64,000 nt of DNA from positions 118,668,001-118,732,000 of the forward strand of contig OX597822.1 of assembly GCA_951406725.2 (NCBI GenBank). The letters run 5' to 3'. The notes under the pieces are model-generated. The model was not told the DNA's origin. It worked only from the letters and a program-made list of their open reading frames with translations, and did not search any database. This stretch comes from Octopus vulgaris (taxonomy: Eukaryota). A program made the position numbers and the translations under genes. Each line of letters opens with the position of its first letter. Position 1 is the first letter of the stretch. Of this stretch, positions 1 through 12,062 are shown piece by piece.

Positions 1-201
1 CTTAAAGTTAGTGCCCCTATAATGCTCATCAGAAATTTGGTTCCCCCAAAACAATGCAATGGCACACGTTTGGCGTTAAGTCCTTATCTCCCACCGTAAG
101 CTTATTTCAATATTTGCCTGAATAATCATCATAATTCAGTGCAATCATTAACAGTACTTTCAAGCAATTCAGCCCCGAGCAACGCCGGGCAATTCTGCTA
201 G
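1..201 (+). mobile_element. 3' end of a non-autonomous Helitron
   Basis: Subterminal hairpin cccgagcaacgccgggc followed by ...ctgCTAG|T, the same terminus as the copies at 7190 and 9509. Confidence 0.65.
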
Positions 202-392
202 TGTATATATATTTGTGTGTATATATATTTGTGTGTGTATATATTTGCGTATGTATATATATTTGTGTATGTATATATATTTGTGTGTATATATATTTGT
301 GTGTATATATATTTGTGTGTATATATATATTTGTGTATGTATATATATTTGTGTGTGTGTGTGTGTGTGTGTGAGTGAGAGAGAGAGAGAGA
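202..392. repeat. Compound microsatellite (TATATATTTGTGTG-like)n, (TG)n, (GA)n
   Basis: Directly visible. Confidence 0.95.
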
Positions 393-983
393 AAGTAAAT
401 AAAATTTACAAAAATATTTTGCAGTTTTATTTTGATTAAAATATCAGCATCTTTGGAGCAAAGCCTTTAAATGCTGCCCCACTCCATCTGTTGTCTTGCC
501 CTTCTTCCCCTCCAGCATGGCAAACAGGACACACACTGCGTTTCATAATGTGTAAGGTTACATTCAGAGAAAGTCGTGAGTTGGAACTGTGAGCACACCA
601 AGCAAAATGCTTAGCAGGACTTTGTTGGTTGTTACATTCTAGGTTCAAATGCTGCCGAGGCCAACTTCACCTTTCACCCTTTTGGAGTAAATAAGATAAG
701 CACCAGTGAAGCACAGGGGTCAATTTAGTCAACACAGCCCTTCCCTAAAACTGCTGGCCTTCTGCCAAAATTTGAAACCAATAAATACATTCTTAAAATG
801 CATTAAAATAATTGTACAGTTCTTTACTTAGATTAAAAGTCAAAATATCAAATTATTGAAAATATGAAGAATTTCTTATCTTTACAATGAATTTTCAGGT
901 TAAAACTACAAGCTCAAGATAATATCCATGCTAAGAAGTCAAGATTGTAGTCATTTAAAATAGAAATGATTGGTTAAGTAATA

Positions 984-1015
<32 letters not shown>

Positions 1016-1016
1016 A

Positions 1017-1415
1017 CTCTTTTACTTGTTTCAGTCATTTGACTGTGGCCATGCTGGAGCACCGCCTTTAGTCAAGCAAATCGACCCCGGGACTTATTCT
1101 TTGTAAGCCCAGTACTTATTTTATCGGTCTCTTTTGCTGAACTGCTAAGTGACGGGGACATAAACACACTAGCATCAGTTGCCAAGCAATGTTGGGGGGA
1201 CAAACACAGACACACAAACACATACACACACACACACATATATATACATATACACGACAGGCTTCTTTCAGTTTCCGTCTACCAAATCCACTCACAAGGC
1301 TTTGGTTGGCCCGAGGCTATAGCAGAAGACACTTGCCCAAGATGCCACGCAGTGGGACTGAACCCGGAACCATGTGGTTGGTTAGCAAGCTACTTACCAC
1401 ACAGCCACTCCTGCT
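1017..1415 (-). mobile_element. tRNA-derived CORE-type SINE (resembling the octopus OR family). Other copies at ~3030-3510(-), 7870-8010(-), 12870-13120(-), 13130-13515(-), 32255-32690(-), 39430-39735(+), 41365-41680(-), 42290-42675(+), 49545-49870(-)
   Basis: Head ggagtggctgtgtggtaag (A box) ... gggttcagtccc (B box), then accttgggcaagt (CORE-like), an internal (TA/TG)n and a gactgaaacaagtaaaagag tail. Many copies in the window. Confidence 0.85.
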
Positions 1416-2038
1416 CCTATATAAAAATTTGACATGGGCAATTCTTTCTTGTCTTCGGATTCACGGTCAAATGGCTGGGTGGAATTGCACGAAAAATTAC
1501 ACAGATGTGTAGAATTATCTGGTGATGGTGGGCTTTGTATTTTCTCATAACTCCCAGGGTTACCAAAATAATCTACTATAATAATACTCTTGTGTTCATG
1601 AATGAGAAAGGAAGTGGTGGTAGATGAATAAGGAAGGAAGGGGTGATCTCATACTTGGTAGTGGGAGGATGAAAATTGTATGATGAAAAAATAAATCAAA
1701 CAGCATTTCAACTCTGTGTGAATATATGTGTATGTAAAAGGGGTGTGTGTGAATGTATGTGTGTGTCTGTATGTGCATGTGCAATGGAAGTAGGATGGTT
1801 CATCTTTGTTCACTTAGTATTTGGGGTTTATTTTTTGATTTGGCTGAATCTTGGTTGTTTTTTTTTTGTTGATCAAATATTTTAACAGGAAAAAGTCAAT
1901 CTAAAATTGTTTTTTAATGTAAGCGTGCCCAAACAAGTCAAATACTTACACAGAGCAGGTTTTATAGCCACATCATCCAAACCAACCAGGTGAAACTGGG
2001 CTTAGCTGCTAGTATATGTATGTATGTATGTATGTATG

Positions 2039-2107
<69 letters not shown>

Positions 2108-2850
2108 TATGATCAATAAGTCTCCAGACTGTTGCCACAACAGTAAAGCTGCTTGGCACAGATTGACCTTGAACTTTGCTGTACATGCACACTAAATTTT
2201 ATTGCTCTAGCTCACTTCCACTGTTTACAGCAGTGCTTGGAAGGAAGGTGTGTAGCGTGTGATTGTCACATTGACCATGACAGAAAAAGTTAAGCAAAGA
2301 ATCTGCATCAAACTTTGTCAAAAGCTTGGCCACACCTGCTCAAAGGCCTACACACAGTTTCCAAAAAGTTTTCATCATTCACCACACAATCAGTATCTCA
2401 CATAACTGAAACCCTAATATCTTTTTGGGGAACTGAAAGCAGTTTTGACACAAACTTGGCAGACACACATCTCATACCTAAATCTTCGGTGATAATGGAC
2501 CGAACTAAACCCTAACTAATCTGCACATCCTCTGATAACTCATGGATGGTGATTCGACGATTTCCCCTCACAGCTGCACGCATATCCACAATGTTTTTCT
2601 CAGTTCTGCTGGTTGCGGGTCTCCCAGAACATTCATCAATATCAACATTATTTTGGCCATCCTGGAAACATCTGAACCGCTCATACACTTGGGTGCAGCT
2701 CATAAACCCCTCTCCATATGCTTTCTGCCATTCTGCATAAGCCTCTGAGCAGGTATCACTTTGACAACTTTCTCTGTCATGGTCAATGCGACAATCAAAC
2801 ACTACACACCTTCCTTCCAAGCACTGCTGTAAACAGCAAAAGTGAGCTAG
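2108..2850. mobile_element. Rearranged mariner relic: two convergent 5' ends
   Basis: Plus strand MTEKVKQRICIKLCQKLGHTCSKAY at 2278. Minus strand ...QKAYGEGFMSCTQVYERF...SGRPATSRT...NRRITIHELSE. 2207-2290 and 2770-2850 are inverted copies. Confidence 0.8.
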
Positions 2851-3506
2851 GATATAACGAGAAAATTTAGCAAAAAAAAATGGAAAATTTGACAAAAACA
2901 TAACAGAAAATTTAACCAAGCCAAACACCCGGAAAATTCTTGGCTAATTCCTCAACAGTCAACGTCCAGGGTATCATAATAGTTTTGTGCCGTTAACGCA
3001 ATGCACTCTTTATATATTTTTTACCTATTCATTCTTTTACTTGTTTCAGTCATTTGATCGCGGCCATGCTGGAGCACTGCCTTAAAAGATTTTTAGTCAA
3101 AGAAATTGAGCCCAGGACTTAATTCCTTGTAAGCTTACTGACCCCTTGCCAAACCGCTAAGTTAAGGGGACGTAAACACACCAACATTGGTCGTCAAACG
3201 ATAGTGGTGGGACAAACACACACACATATATATATATATATTTTTTTTTTTAAAGGTGTAGCGTTTGTAAGAGTCTGGATTGAATTGATATATCGGTTCC
3301 ATTCTAGCAAAAACTGTCTGATGAACGGCAACGAGAAACTCAGAGTAACAGATTTTGTTGAATTTTCTGCTGCTTTAAATAAAGTATATTTATATATATA
3401 TATATATATACAATGGGCTTCTTTCAGTTTCCATCTACCAAATCCACTCACAAGGCATTGGTCAGCCTAAGGATATAGTAGAAGACATTTGCCTGAGGAG
3501 CCATGC

Positions 3507-3556
<50 letters not shown>

Positions 3557-4113
3557 TCACTTCTTTATTGCTGTTTTTCTTCTCGTCATTGTTGTTGACG
3601 TTTTTGTCAGTGTCATATTCTCGTCTTTTTGAGGAATTCTCTTGGGGTTTTTATGAGTTTTGCCAGTAAACTTCCGGGTGCTTTATTTATTTATGTTCTT
3701 TCCTTGTTTAAAGTTAGTTTTTCTTAAAACATTTTCCAGATCGATTTTTTAAGCACCATTCTCTCTATACCTGAGTACCCCGATGAAAAAATAGACGGAG
3801 GCGGGGTTGACAGACACGCCCCAATTTCCTTCAACGTCCCACAAGATCTTTCCACTGCCCCCATCCCAGGAGGGTGCTACCCCCTATTTTGGGAACTATT
3901 GATCTACGCCATTTGAAACGTAGAAATTTCATTTAAAAATATTCTTTCTTTTTTTTAAGTTATGGCCAAATAAAGTCGGGGGGGGGGGGGGCACACGTGT
4001 AGGTATGCCCATATCCCCTGTGTGTGTTTGAGTGTCTGTGTCTATGTTTGTCCCCCACCAACGTTTGACAACCGGTGTGTGTTTACGTCCCCGTAACTTA
4101 GTTGTTCAGCAAG

Positions 4114-4342
4114 ATTAGGCGGCGAGCTGGCAGAAACGTTAGCACGCCGGGCGAAATACGTTGCCGTCTGCCGTGACGTTCTGAGTTCAAATTCCGCCGA
4201 GGTCGACTTTGCCTTTCATCCTTTCGGGGTTGATAAATTAAGTACCAGTTACGCACTGGGGTCGATATAATCGACTTAATCCGTTTGTCTGCCCTTGTTT
4301 GTCCTCTCCGTGTTTAGCCCCTTGTGGGTAGTAAAGAAATAA
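4114..4342 (+). mobile_element. Second tRNA-derived SINE family (MetaSINE-like core), young copy nested in a CORE-SINE. Older copies at ~575-785, 26715-26905, 33700-33860, 40907-41115(-), 41139-41306(+)
   Basis: ggcggcgagctggcagaa...gagttcaaattc head and gcctttcatcctttcggggttgataaa core. ~20-bp TSD gtaacttagtYgttcagcaa at 4093 and 4343. CpGs intact. Confidence 0.8.
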
Positions 4343-4767
4343 GTAACTTAGTCGTTCAGCAAAAGAGACTGATAGACTAAGGACCAGGCTTAAATAAAAC
4401 AAGTACTGAGGGCGATTAGTTTGATTAAAATTCTTCAATGCGGCGCCCTAGCATGGCCGCACTCTAAAAACTGAAACAAGTAACTGCCCGTCAACACGAA
4501 CAAAAAACGTATATACACTCGTGTATTGAGTATTGTATGTGTAGATAGGAAGATAAGTATTTATGTCTCTATATATGTATATCCGTATGCATGAGATACG
4601 TATACGAAATAAGCTTTATACTTTGCGTCGGTATATTTTCATAAAACAAAAAAACATCAACTGTTCCGTTGTACTTCTCAAAACCTCAACCCTTTACACG
4701 CACACACACAATTATTTTTGAAAAATTCGTTTCCTAAATATTCCTCAAATAAAAACAATTGACTTAC

Positions 4768-4783
4768 CTTTCAAGGCCTCCAT
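4768..4783 (-). CDS. Probable first coding exon (MEALK+G) of an unidentified neighbouring gene running off the left edge
   Basis: Minus strand ...tttacg ATG GAG GCC TTG AAA G|GTAAGT: an ATG followed by a perfect donor consensus, in non-repetitive, relatively CpG-retaining sequence. No second exon recognised in 1-4700. Confidence 0.45.
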
Positions 4784-5300
4784 CGTAAAACGACTATATT
4801 TCCGATTATGTGTGTGTGTTCTTCTGCTTGATAAACAAGTTACTTTTATATATTGTTAACCACACATTATTAATAAAGCAAGGTGCCACAAAATATCACA
4901 TCATCGGCTTTGATAGATTTTACTGCAGGATATCCGAGCGCCACAAGTGCGAGAGAAATATGTGCTCATTTAGACTTGAATAACGAAATACCAGCAACCA
5001 GGAAATTAGAAAAATGTTTAAATACATATAAAAAAAACAAAAATGTTGATGGCACTTGTTAGTTTTGTTATTGCTGTTGATTAAACAACACCCACTAAGT
5101 GTTACTTAATTGGAGTGTCTTATTGTTTGAAGAGGGGGGAGATGTTTGGCAAATTCTGCGGATATAGAATTTGTTGTTCCCCAATACGACTTGCTACAAT
5201 TAATAATTAATATCGACATGTGGGAATATAAAAGTCGATGGTGGGCGCACCAAACTCTAGCTTATGCCCGTTTATTCCAGGATTTTATTTTTAATTCTCA
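4784..5300. promoter_or_regulatory. Putative 5' UTR/promoter region of the left gene
   Basis: Unique sequence with visibly more CpG than the PDCD6 introns (e.g. ccgagcgcc, gtgcgag, gggcgcac), directly upstream of the candidate ATG exon. Confidence 0.3.
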
Positions 5301-6020
5301 AGCGGACAACTCTCTCTCTCTCTCTCTCTCCTTCCCTCCCTCGTTTCTCACTGTCTCTCTTTCTCTCTCTCCCTTTCTCTCTCTCTCTCTCTCTCTCTAT
5401 CTGTCTAATTCCCCTCCTCTGTCAAATTTGTCATTATCGCTCGGTTTAATATGTGCTATCTATCGTTTCTGCGGTTACAACGGACATTAAACATTTTTGA
5501 TATCTTCAATCAACACGCATTGACTTTTTTTTTTCTTTTTCTAGTTTGGAAAGAAAAGTGCCCATGACCTTTTACAGAGAGGTTTCTTACTAAAGGCACC
5601 CAAAGACTTGGTGACATTAAATCAGGCGACAGACTAAGTCCTATAAATGGACTATCATACTAACATTCATACACACACACACACAACTGGGTTTCATGGA
5701 GAAAAAGCAAAAGAAACTGACATGAATTCTCCAAACCCAATTTAGGATCTTTACCTTTTGACTGACAAATTTTTAAAATAATTTTTTGTAACTAAACACT
5801 TTCAAACTTCGGACACTGGTAGAATGTGTCATATAGAACATCTTTTACTCTTAGCATTTTAGAGAAAAACTTATATAAGTTATTTCATGTTAAAGTTGTC
5901 CTATTTCAGTAATTTCAACCAATCAGTGACATGTATTCAGCTGAATAAAATTACTGCTGTTGTTTGTCAACAACAACTATTGGCGGTGTATATTTCGTTT
6001 GTCACTGTTATTTATGACAG

Positions 6021-6080
6021 CCCTAACCCTAAAACCCTAACCCTAACACCTTAACCCTAACCCTAATCCTAAAACCTTAA
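6021..6080. repeat. Interstitial degenerate telomeric repeat (CCCTAA)n
   Basis: ccctaaccctaaaaccctaaccctaacaccttaaccctaaccctaatcctaa. Confidence 0.85.
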
Positions 6081-6865
6081 AGCAGGGCCATCTACCTGAA
6101 GGGATTTGTGGTTTGTCTGCCTTTCTACTTATTAGGACTTTGGTTTTTGCTAGGTTGACTCTAAGGCCCTTCGATTCTAATCCTTGCTTCCACACCTGAA
6201 ACTTCTCCTCTAGTTCTGATAGTGATTCAGCAATTACAGCAAGGTCATCAGCATAGAGGAGCTCCCAGGAGTATCGATGTCTTGAATTCCTCTGTTATTG
6301 CCTGGAGAACTATGATAAATAGGAGGAGTCTGAGGGCTGAACCTTGGTGGACCCCTACCTCTACCCAGAATTCTTCACTGTACACGTTGCCAACCCTCAC
6401 ATTACTGACAGTGTCCCTCTACATGGCCTGCACAGCTCTCAATAACCATTCATCTATCTCTAGTTTCCTCATTGATCACCAGATAAGGGATCGGGGACCC
6501 TGTCAAAGGCTTTCTCCATGTCAATGAAAGCCAGGTACAGAGGTTTATCTTTGGCTAGGTATTTCTCCTGCAGCTGTCTTACCAGGAATATAGCATCAGT
6601 GGCGCTTTTCCCTGGCATGAACCCAAACTGCATCTCATCTAAACTGACTCTCTCCTTAATTAGTTGGGCTATGACCCTCTCCGTGACCTTCATTACCTGA
6701 TCCAACAACTTGATACCTCTGTAATTATTTGTATCTAAAGTGTCACTTTTTTACCTTTGTAGCAGTTGACTATGATGCTGCTACACCAGTCATTGGGGTA
6801 TGACTCCTTCATGTATCACCTGGTTAACTATACGGGTAACTAGGCTATACCTGACACTGCCAGAT
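6081..6865 (-). mobile_element. RTE-clade LINE reverse transcriptase fragment (decayed)
   Basis: YRGIKLLDQVMKV...QFGFMPGKSATDAIF...AFIDMEKAFDRVP...GVHQGSAL...YADDL motifs with frameshifts. Confidence 0.9.
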
Positions 6866-7189
6866 TGGTTATAGAATAAAAGTAAAGTAAAAGAGGATGA
6901 AAAGAAAAAATGATATGATTCTATAGATAATAATAATAATAACAACAATCAAAATTGAAACAGCTAAGAATAATAAATATATTTGTGATTCTAATTAACT
7001 CAAAGTTACTAATAGTTGACTGTTTCTGGAAATTCCAGCTAGTAATGTTACTTCTGCACAGTGTAACTCATATCCTGTTGTGATACTTCCGTGGGATTGA
7101 ATAGACAAATTCATTGAATTATACAGAATCCACAAACGTCACGGCTCACTGAGTCAATAAGAAGGACAGAAGAAAGAGTTTATTTGTAA

Positions 7190-7697
7190 CTAGCAGTATC
7201 GCCCGGCATTGCTCGGGTTTGTAAGGGAAATAACTATATAAGCATTTTTAGAGAGTTACTTCCCTTATAGATGCCAATTCGGGCTTTCTTAGCCATTTCT
7301 GTTTTGGTGTCTTCAAGCCATGAAGTCGTTGTTCTAAAAGAACGCTGGTCTCCTTGACAACGCATTATGACGTTGATTTCCTTACACTCCCCACAGCTTC
7401 ATGAGGGAGGGAAGAAGGGGGAGAAGCAAACAGGTGCTGGTGTGACCATGGACGCCAACTCCGCCGCCATCGATACACGAAAAATTATGCATTAAAATGG
7501 AATAAAAAATGATGTTAAATTATTTTTTAAATCGTAGACTCATTGTAGACGCGCGCTAATACCCAGACGGGCTCGATATGAATCACGACTATAAGATACC
7601 CGAATTTGGTTAAACTGCACCGCAAAATGTGGGAGTAGTTAGGAATCTAAATCGAAGGGGACAGACACTCACACAACTACAGTTTTATATATATAGA
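7190..7697 (-). mobile_element. Complete non-autonomous Helitron (~508 bp)
   Basis: 5' A|TCTATATATATAAAAC; 3' hairpin cccgagcaatgccgggc plus CTAG|T. No TSD, inserted between A and T. Confidence 0.8.
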
Positions 7698-9087
7698 TAA
7701 AATAGACACTGAATCCTCAATAAGCAAAGTAATTTGCCTCAGTATAAGGGCAAACATAGGGTTTAATGCTTTCCCTCCAAACTTTGTTTTTTATAACTTT
7801 GATTAATAATGCTTAGTTTTTAATGAAAATTTAAAGATTCTGAAGGTGTAAATTACAATTGAGTTTTTCTCTTTTACTTGTTTCAGTCATTTGACTGTGG
7901 CCATGCTGGAGCACCGCCTTTAATCGAGCAACTCGACCCCGGGACTTATTCTTTTGTAAGCCCAGTACTTATTCTATCGGTTTCTTTGCCGAACCGCTAA
8001 GTAATGGGGAGTTGGGGAAATTTTTTTAATTGATTTTTTTAAATTTTGAAAGAAAATAGGTCTGTACAATTTTAACCATTTAACTTGCTTGTAGCAGAGC
8101 TACTTATAATAATATATGAGTCAACCTGCACAGCAGACAAATATGTCAATGAGGTGTCTAGCCTCACTTTGATACAGTAACCTCATTCTGAGCTACACTG
8201 TAGAAAACTCTCAGTTCCTGCCAGGTTTCAGTTAAAGACACATGTCTTCTCTGCAGCTCCACATGCAATCTCCCTTGTGTGACTCCCATGTGTGACTCCA
8301 TTCACCTTCACACAAGATATAAGGTTCATAAACGAAGATATTTCATCACACACATTCTCAAAATGACTGTTCTCATTGCACACATACTGTAATACAAATA
8401 TTATATGTTACTTTACATGCCACTGGCACATAAAAAAGCACCATTCAAGTGTGGTTGATGCCAGTACCACCTGACTAGCTCTCATGCTAGTGGCCCATAA
8501 AAAGCACCCACTACACTGTTAGAGTGGTGGGCACTAGGAAGGGCATCCAGCTGTAGAAACTTTGTCAGATCAGATTGAATCCTGGTGCAGCCTTCTGGTT
8601 CGCCAGTCCTCAGTCAAACTGTCCAACCCATGCCATCATAGAAAGTGGACGTTAAATGATGATGATGATTTCTTTCAGTGCAAAAGCAAAAATCAAAACT
8701 TTCTTTGTATGGAAACACATGTTTTTGTACCATACTACATGCTTCCACCACAAAAGGTGAACACAGAATAAACAATATATTTATACACAAAAATGTCTTA
8801 TGCTGATTCATACTAACTGTCTTTCCATTTAATAACACTCACAGCCAACGACAGCCGCTATACGGTCGTTGCAAAGCATAATTGTTTCAAATTTTGGCAT
8901 AAAGCCACCAAATTTACAAGGAGTGGGTAAAGTAAGACAATTACATAGACTCTAATACTTGACTGATATTTAATTTTATCAAATTCAAAAGGATGAAATA
9001 CAAGGTTGACCTTGCTGAGATTTGAAATCATCATTGCTTAAAATAACAGGCAGCATTCTGGTTTAAACATCCCTCATAACTTTTTTA

Positions 9088-9740
9088 TCTTTTGGAATTT
9101 TCAGAAACCTTTCGAGAATTTATTTTCTACACATGGGAATTCATATGATTATGAAAAAGAATTTTTTTTTGTGTGTGTGTGATTTAAGGATGATTTAGCT
9201 GTTGTTTTTAGCAAATCCTATGACCATCTGATACTGTCCTTGTTTCTTTGCCACTCTGACATGTGTCTATATCTTTATATATAAAAGAGAGGTTGTGTGC
9301 TGTCCGTCTCCTACGATTTAGATTCTTAACTACTCACACATTTTGTGGTGCAGTTTAAACGATGAGTCAACGATTTAAAAAAAAAATTACCATAATTTTC
9401 TTTTCCATTTTTAATGCATTTTTTTGCTATTTTTTGGCTATAACTCTCTAAAAATGCTTATATAGTTATTTCCCTTACAAACCTGAGCAACGCCAGGCGA
9501 TACTGCTAGTTTTTCAATTTTTTTCTCCCCATAAACACATTTAATGGAATGATGATGTACCCAAGGTTGGTCCACTGCTGGAAGTTAAGCAAGAAATTCA
9601 AAGATTTAAAAAACAATTCAATAAAAAAAGAGTGGAAATTTTCAGATTATTCTGGAAATGGAAGGTTAGAAAATTTTTTTAATGAATTATATGAATTCCT
9701 GTGTGTAGAACACAAATTTTTCTGAAAATTCAAAAAATAA
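9088..9740. mobile_element. Fold-back MITE-like element with ~80-bp TIRs (sibling at ~53174-53554), interrupted by a Helitron
   Basis: ttttggaattttcagaaa...ctacacatgggaattcatatgatt versus aattatatgaattcctgtgtgtagaa...ttttctgaaaattcaaaa. Confidence 0.6.
9272..9509 (+). mobile_element. Internally deleted Helitron of the same family as 7190-7697
   Basis: A|TCTTTATATATAAAAG ... cctgagcaacgccaggcgatactgCTAG|T. Internal sequence is homologous to the 7.2-7.7 kb copy. Confidence 0.8.
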
Positions 9741-9769
9741 AAGAAGAAAAACAGCACACCACAGAGAAA

Positions 9770-11709
9770 AAAAAAGATCCCGCTCCACTGTCCCAGAAGA
9801 GAAACTAAAAAAAGAACAAAGACGGAACAAGAACCCTGGTAAAGTTTGATACCAGGGATAAATATATTATGGACATTTTAAAAAAGCACCACACCGTGGA
9901 GCTGTTGCAGCAGCCCGAAGGCACGGAAGGGAGATGTGCCTGGATACCAGAAAAATTGTATAATGAAATGAAGGGTAGGCATCCGAGGACCATCACGAAC
10001 ATTCCGGACCTTCCGCGGTATTTGAAGGAGCAGGAGGAAAGGACTGCCTCACGTGTGGTGAGGTCAGCCCCACCATCACCAATAAAAGGAAAAGTCAAAG
10101 AGTAAGTAGAACCCTTGCTTTTCTTTTGTTTTAAATGACTGCACTTAACCTTGGGTGTTTGAATGTGCGTGCTCTGAGCTCGAAGTGGAAGCAAGCTTGT
10201 TTCCTCGATGACCTCAGATCACACGATATGCATGTGATAGTTGCTACAGAGACCAAGCTGGGCAGTCTACAAGCCTTCTCGCCCCTCCTGAATGACTATG
10301 AGAAAATCATGTCTCCTAGCCGGACCGGATAGCGAGTGGGTGTAGTAGTACTGGTTCGAAAAGGCTTGGCTCTGCAGACAAGTACAGTCTATGTAGATCC
10401 AGAAGGTGGGCTGGTCGTCCTTGATGTGACATACAGCAGTAAGGCCTTCAGGTTGATCGGGATCTATGCACCTTGGGCTAGAGGATTTCAAACTGATTTT
10501 TATCGGTGCCGAGAGAACTTTCTCGTGACGTCGAAGACATTAGTGGTTTTAGGTGACTATAACGCTATTGTTGATGCGCGCATCAATAGCGTTGACTCGA
10601 TCTATAGGAAAGTAAACTCACGTCTCGTGGATCTGCTCAAGTGGTTTCAGCTGGCAGATTGTTACAGACTTGACCATCCGAATGTCCCAGAGTGGACCTG
10701 GATGAGTGGCGACAGAAGGTTCAAATCCGATTTAGATAGAATAGTGATAAGAACTGGAGATAAGTCTAGTTTTAGCTGTCCACAGCTTGTCCAAGTACCA
10801 TACACTGACCATAGAATGGTTAAGTGTAAACTGTACATAGAGAGTACAGTTAAGAAAGGATCTGGCTACTGGAAGCTGAACAAGTCTATTTTGGCTTGTG
10901 AGGCACACTGTAGCCGGATTGAGGAATTAGTATAGAGGGCATCAACCGTGGTTAATAACCGATGGTGGTTCGCTCTGAAGAGAGCCATTCGTTTTGAGTC
11001 CATTAAGTTTAGCCATCAGCTAAGACTAGATAAGGCCAGAATAGAAGGGCAACTAGTTAAGCACCTAGAGGAGACGTTGAGGTTAGGCTCTGCATCTCAC
11101 ATTTTGGCAGTGAGAACGACCTTGGACCGTCACCTCAAAGCCAAACATGAGGGGTGCAAAGTTCGGGCTAAAGTGCGCACATTGGGCCATGAGAAAATTA
11201 ATGTTGCTGGATGGGACCATACGGTAGAAACCCAGCATGGCAATGATGCCACAATTAGGTCTCTTGTGGATGACAATGGGAGTTCGGTCGATGGACAGGA
11301 CGAGATGTGTGAGGCAATTCACAAGCACTTTGCCGAGTTGTTTGGGAGTGGTGGGGCGCTGGATCATGGCGAGGCCCTTAGGGACTTCCTGTCTGACGGT
11401 CCACGTCTCTCGGCACGAGAGGCTGAGTGCTGGGAAGGACCAATCACGGCCAAGGAGGTAATCGAGGTACTGGGCGAATGCCCCGAGAAGAAGTCGCTGG
11501 GTCTTGATGGTCTGCCTTATGAATTCTACAAAACTATGCCAGACTTGTTCGGGCACCTGCTGGCCAGCGTCTACGTCAATTGGCAGCAGAATGGGAGAAT
11601 TCCCAAGTCTGCGAGCCGGGGGTGGTGATGTTGATCAGGAAGGACCCGAGCAAGGGGGACAAGATAGGGAACTTCAGACCCATAACTCTGCTGAACACTT
11701 AAGTTGAAG
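9770..11709 (+). mobile_element. L1/Tx1-clade LINE relic: probable ORF1 tail (to 10105) plus ORF2 APE endonuclease and start of RT (10135-11709), 3'-truncated
   Basis: CLNVRAL, ATETK, LGDYNA, WTW, DLDRI, YTDH, GYWKLNKSIL, KSLGLDGLPYEFYK, NFRPITLLNT. Two in-frame TAG stops (10330, 10933) and one frameshift near 11620. Confidence 0.9.
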
Positions 11710-11739
11710 CCATATCATTTCATGTGTACAGCAATTAGT

Positions 11740-12062
11740 GAATGTGCATGGCTTAACGGTTAGGGTATTTGGCTCACGATCATAAGGTCATGATTTCAAT
11801 TCCTGACGATGCATTGTGTCTTTGAGCAAGAAACTTTATTTCATATTGGTCTAGTTCACTCAGCTGGCAAAAATGAGCTGTACCTATATTTCCAAGGGCC
11901 AGCCTTGTCACATTCTTGTGTCGCACTGAATCTTCCTCAGAACTACATAAAGGGAACATGTATCTGAAGAATACTCAGCCACAAGCACATTAATTTCACA
12001 AGCAGGCTGTTTTATTGATCAGCCCAACTTGAACCCTTCTTATCATTACTGACCAAGTGTCA
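11740..12062 (+). mobile_element. Old tRNA-derived SINE with a central module shared with 23850-24350
   Basis: tggcttaacggttagg...atttcaattcc head, then caagggccagccttgtcaca...gaactac...ctcagccac module. Confidence 0.65.

Noticed and set aside
10135-11628. Host endonuclease gene or active LINE
   Set aside because: In-frame stops, a frameshift and a missing RT core.
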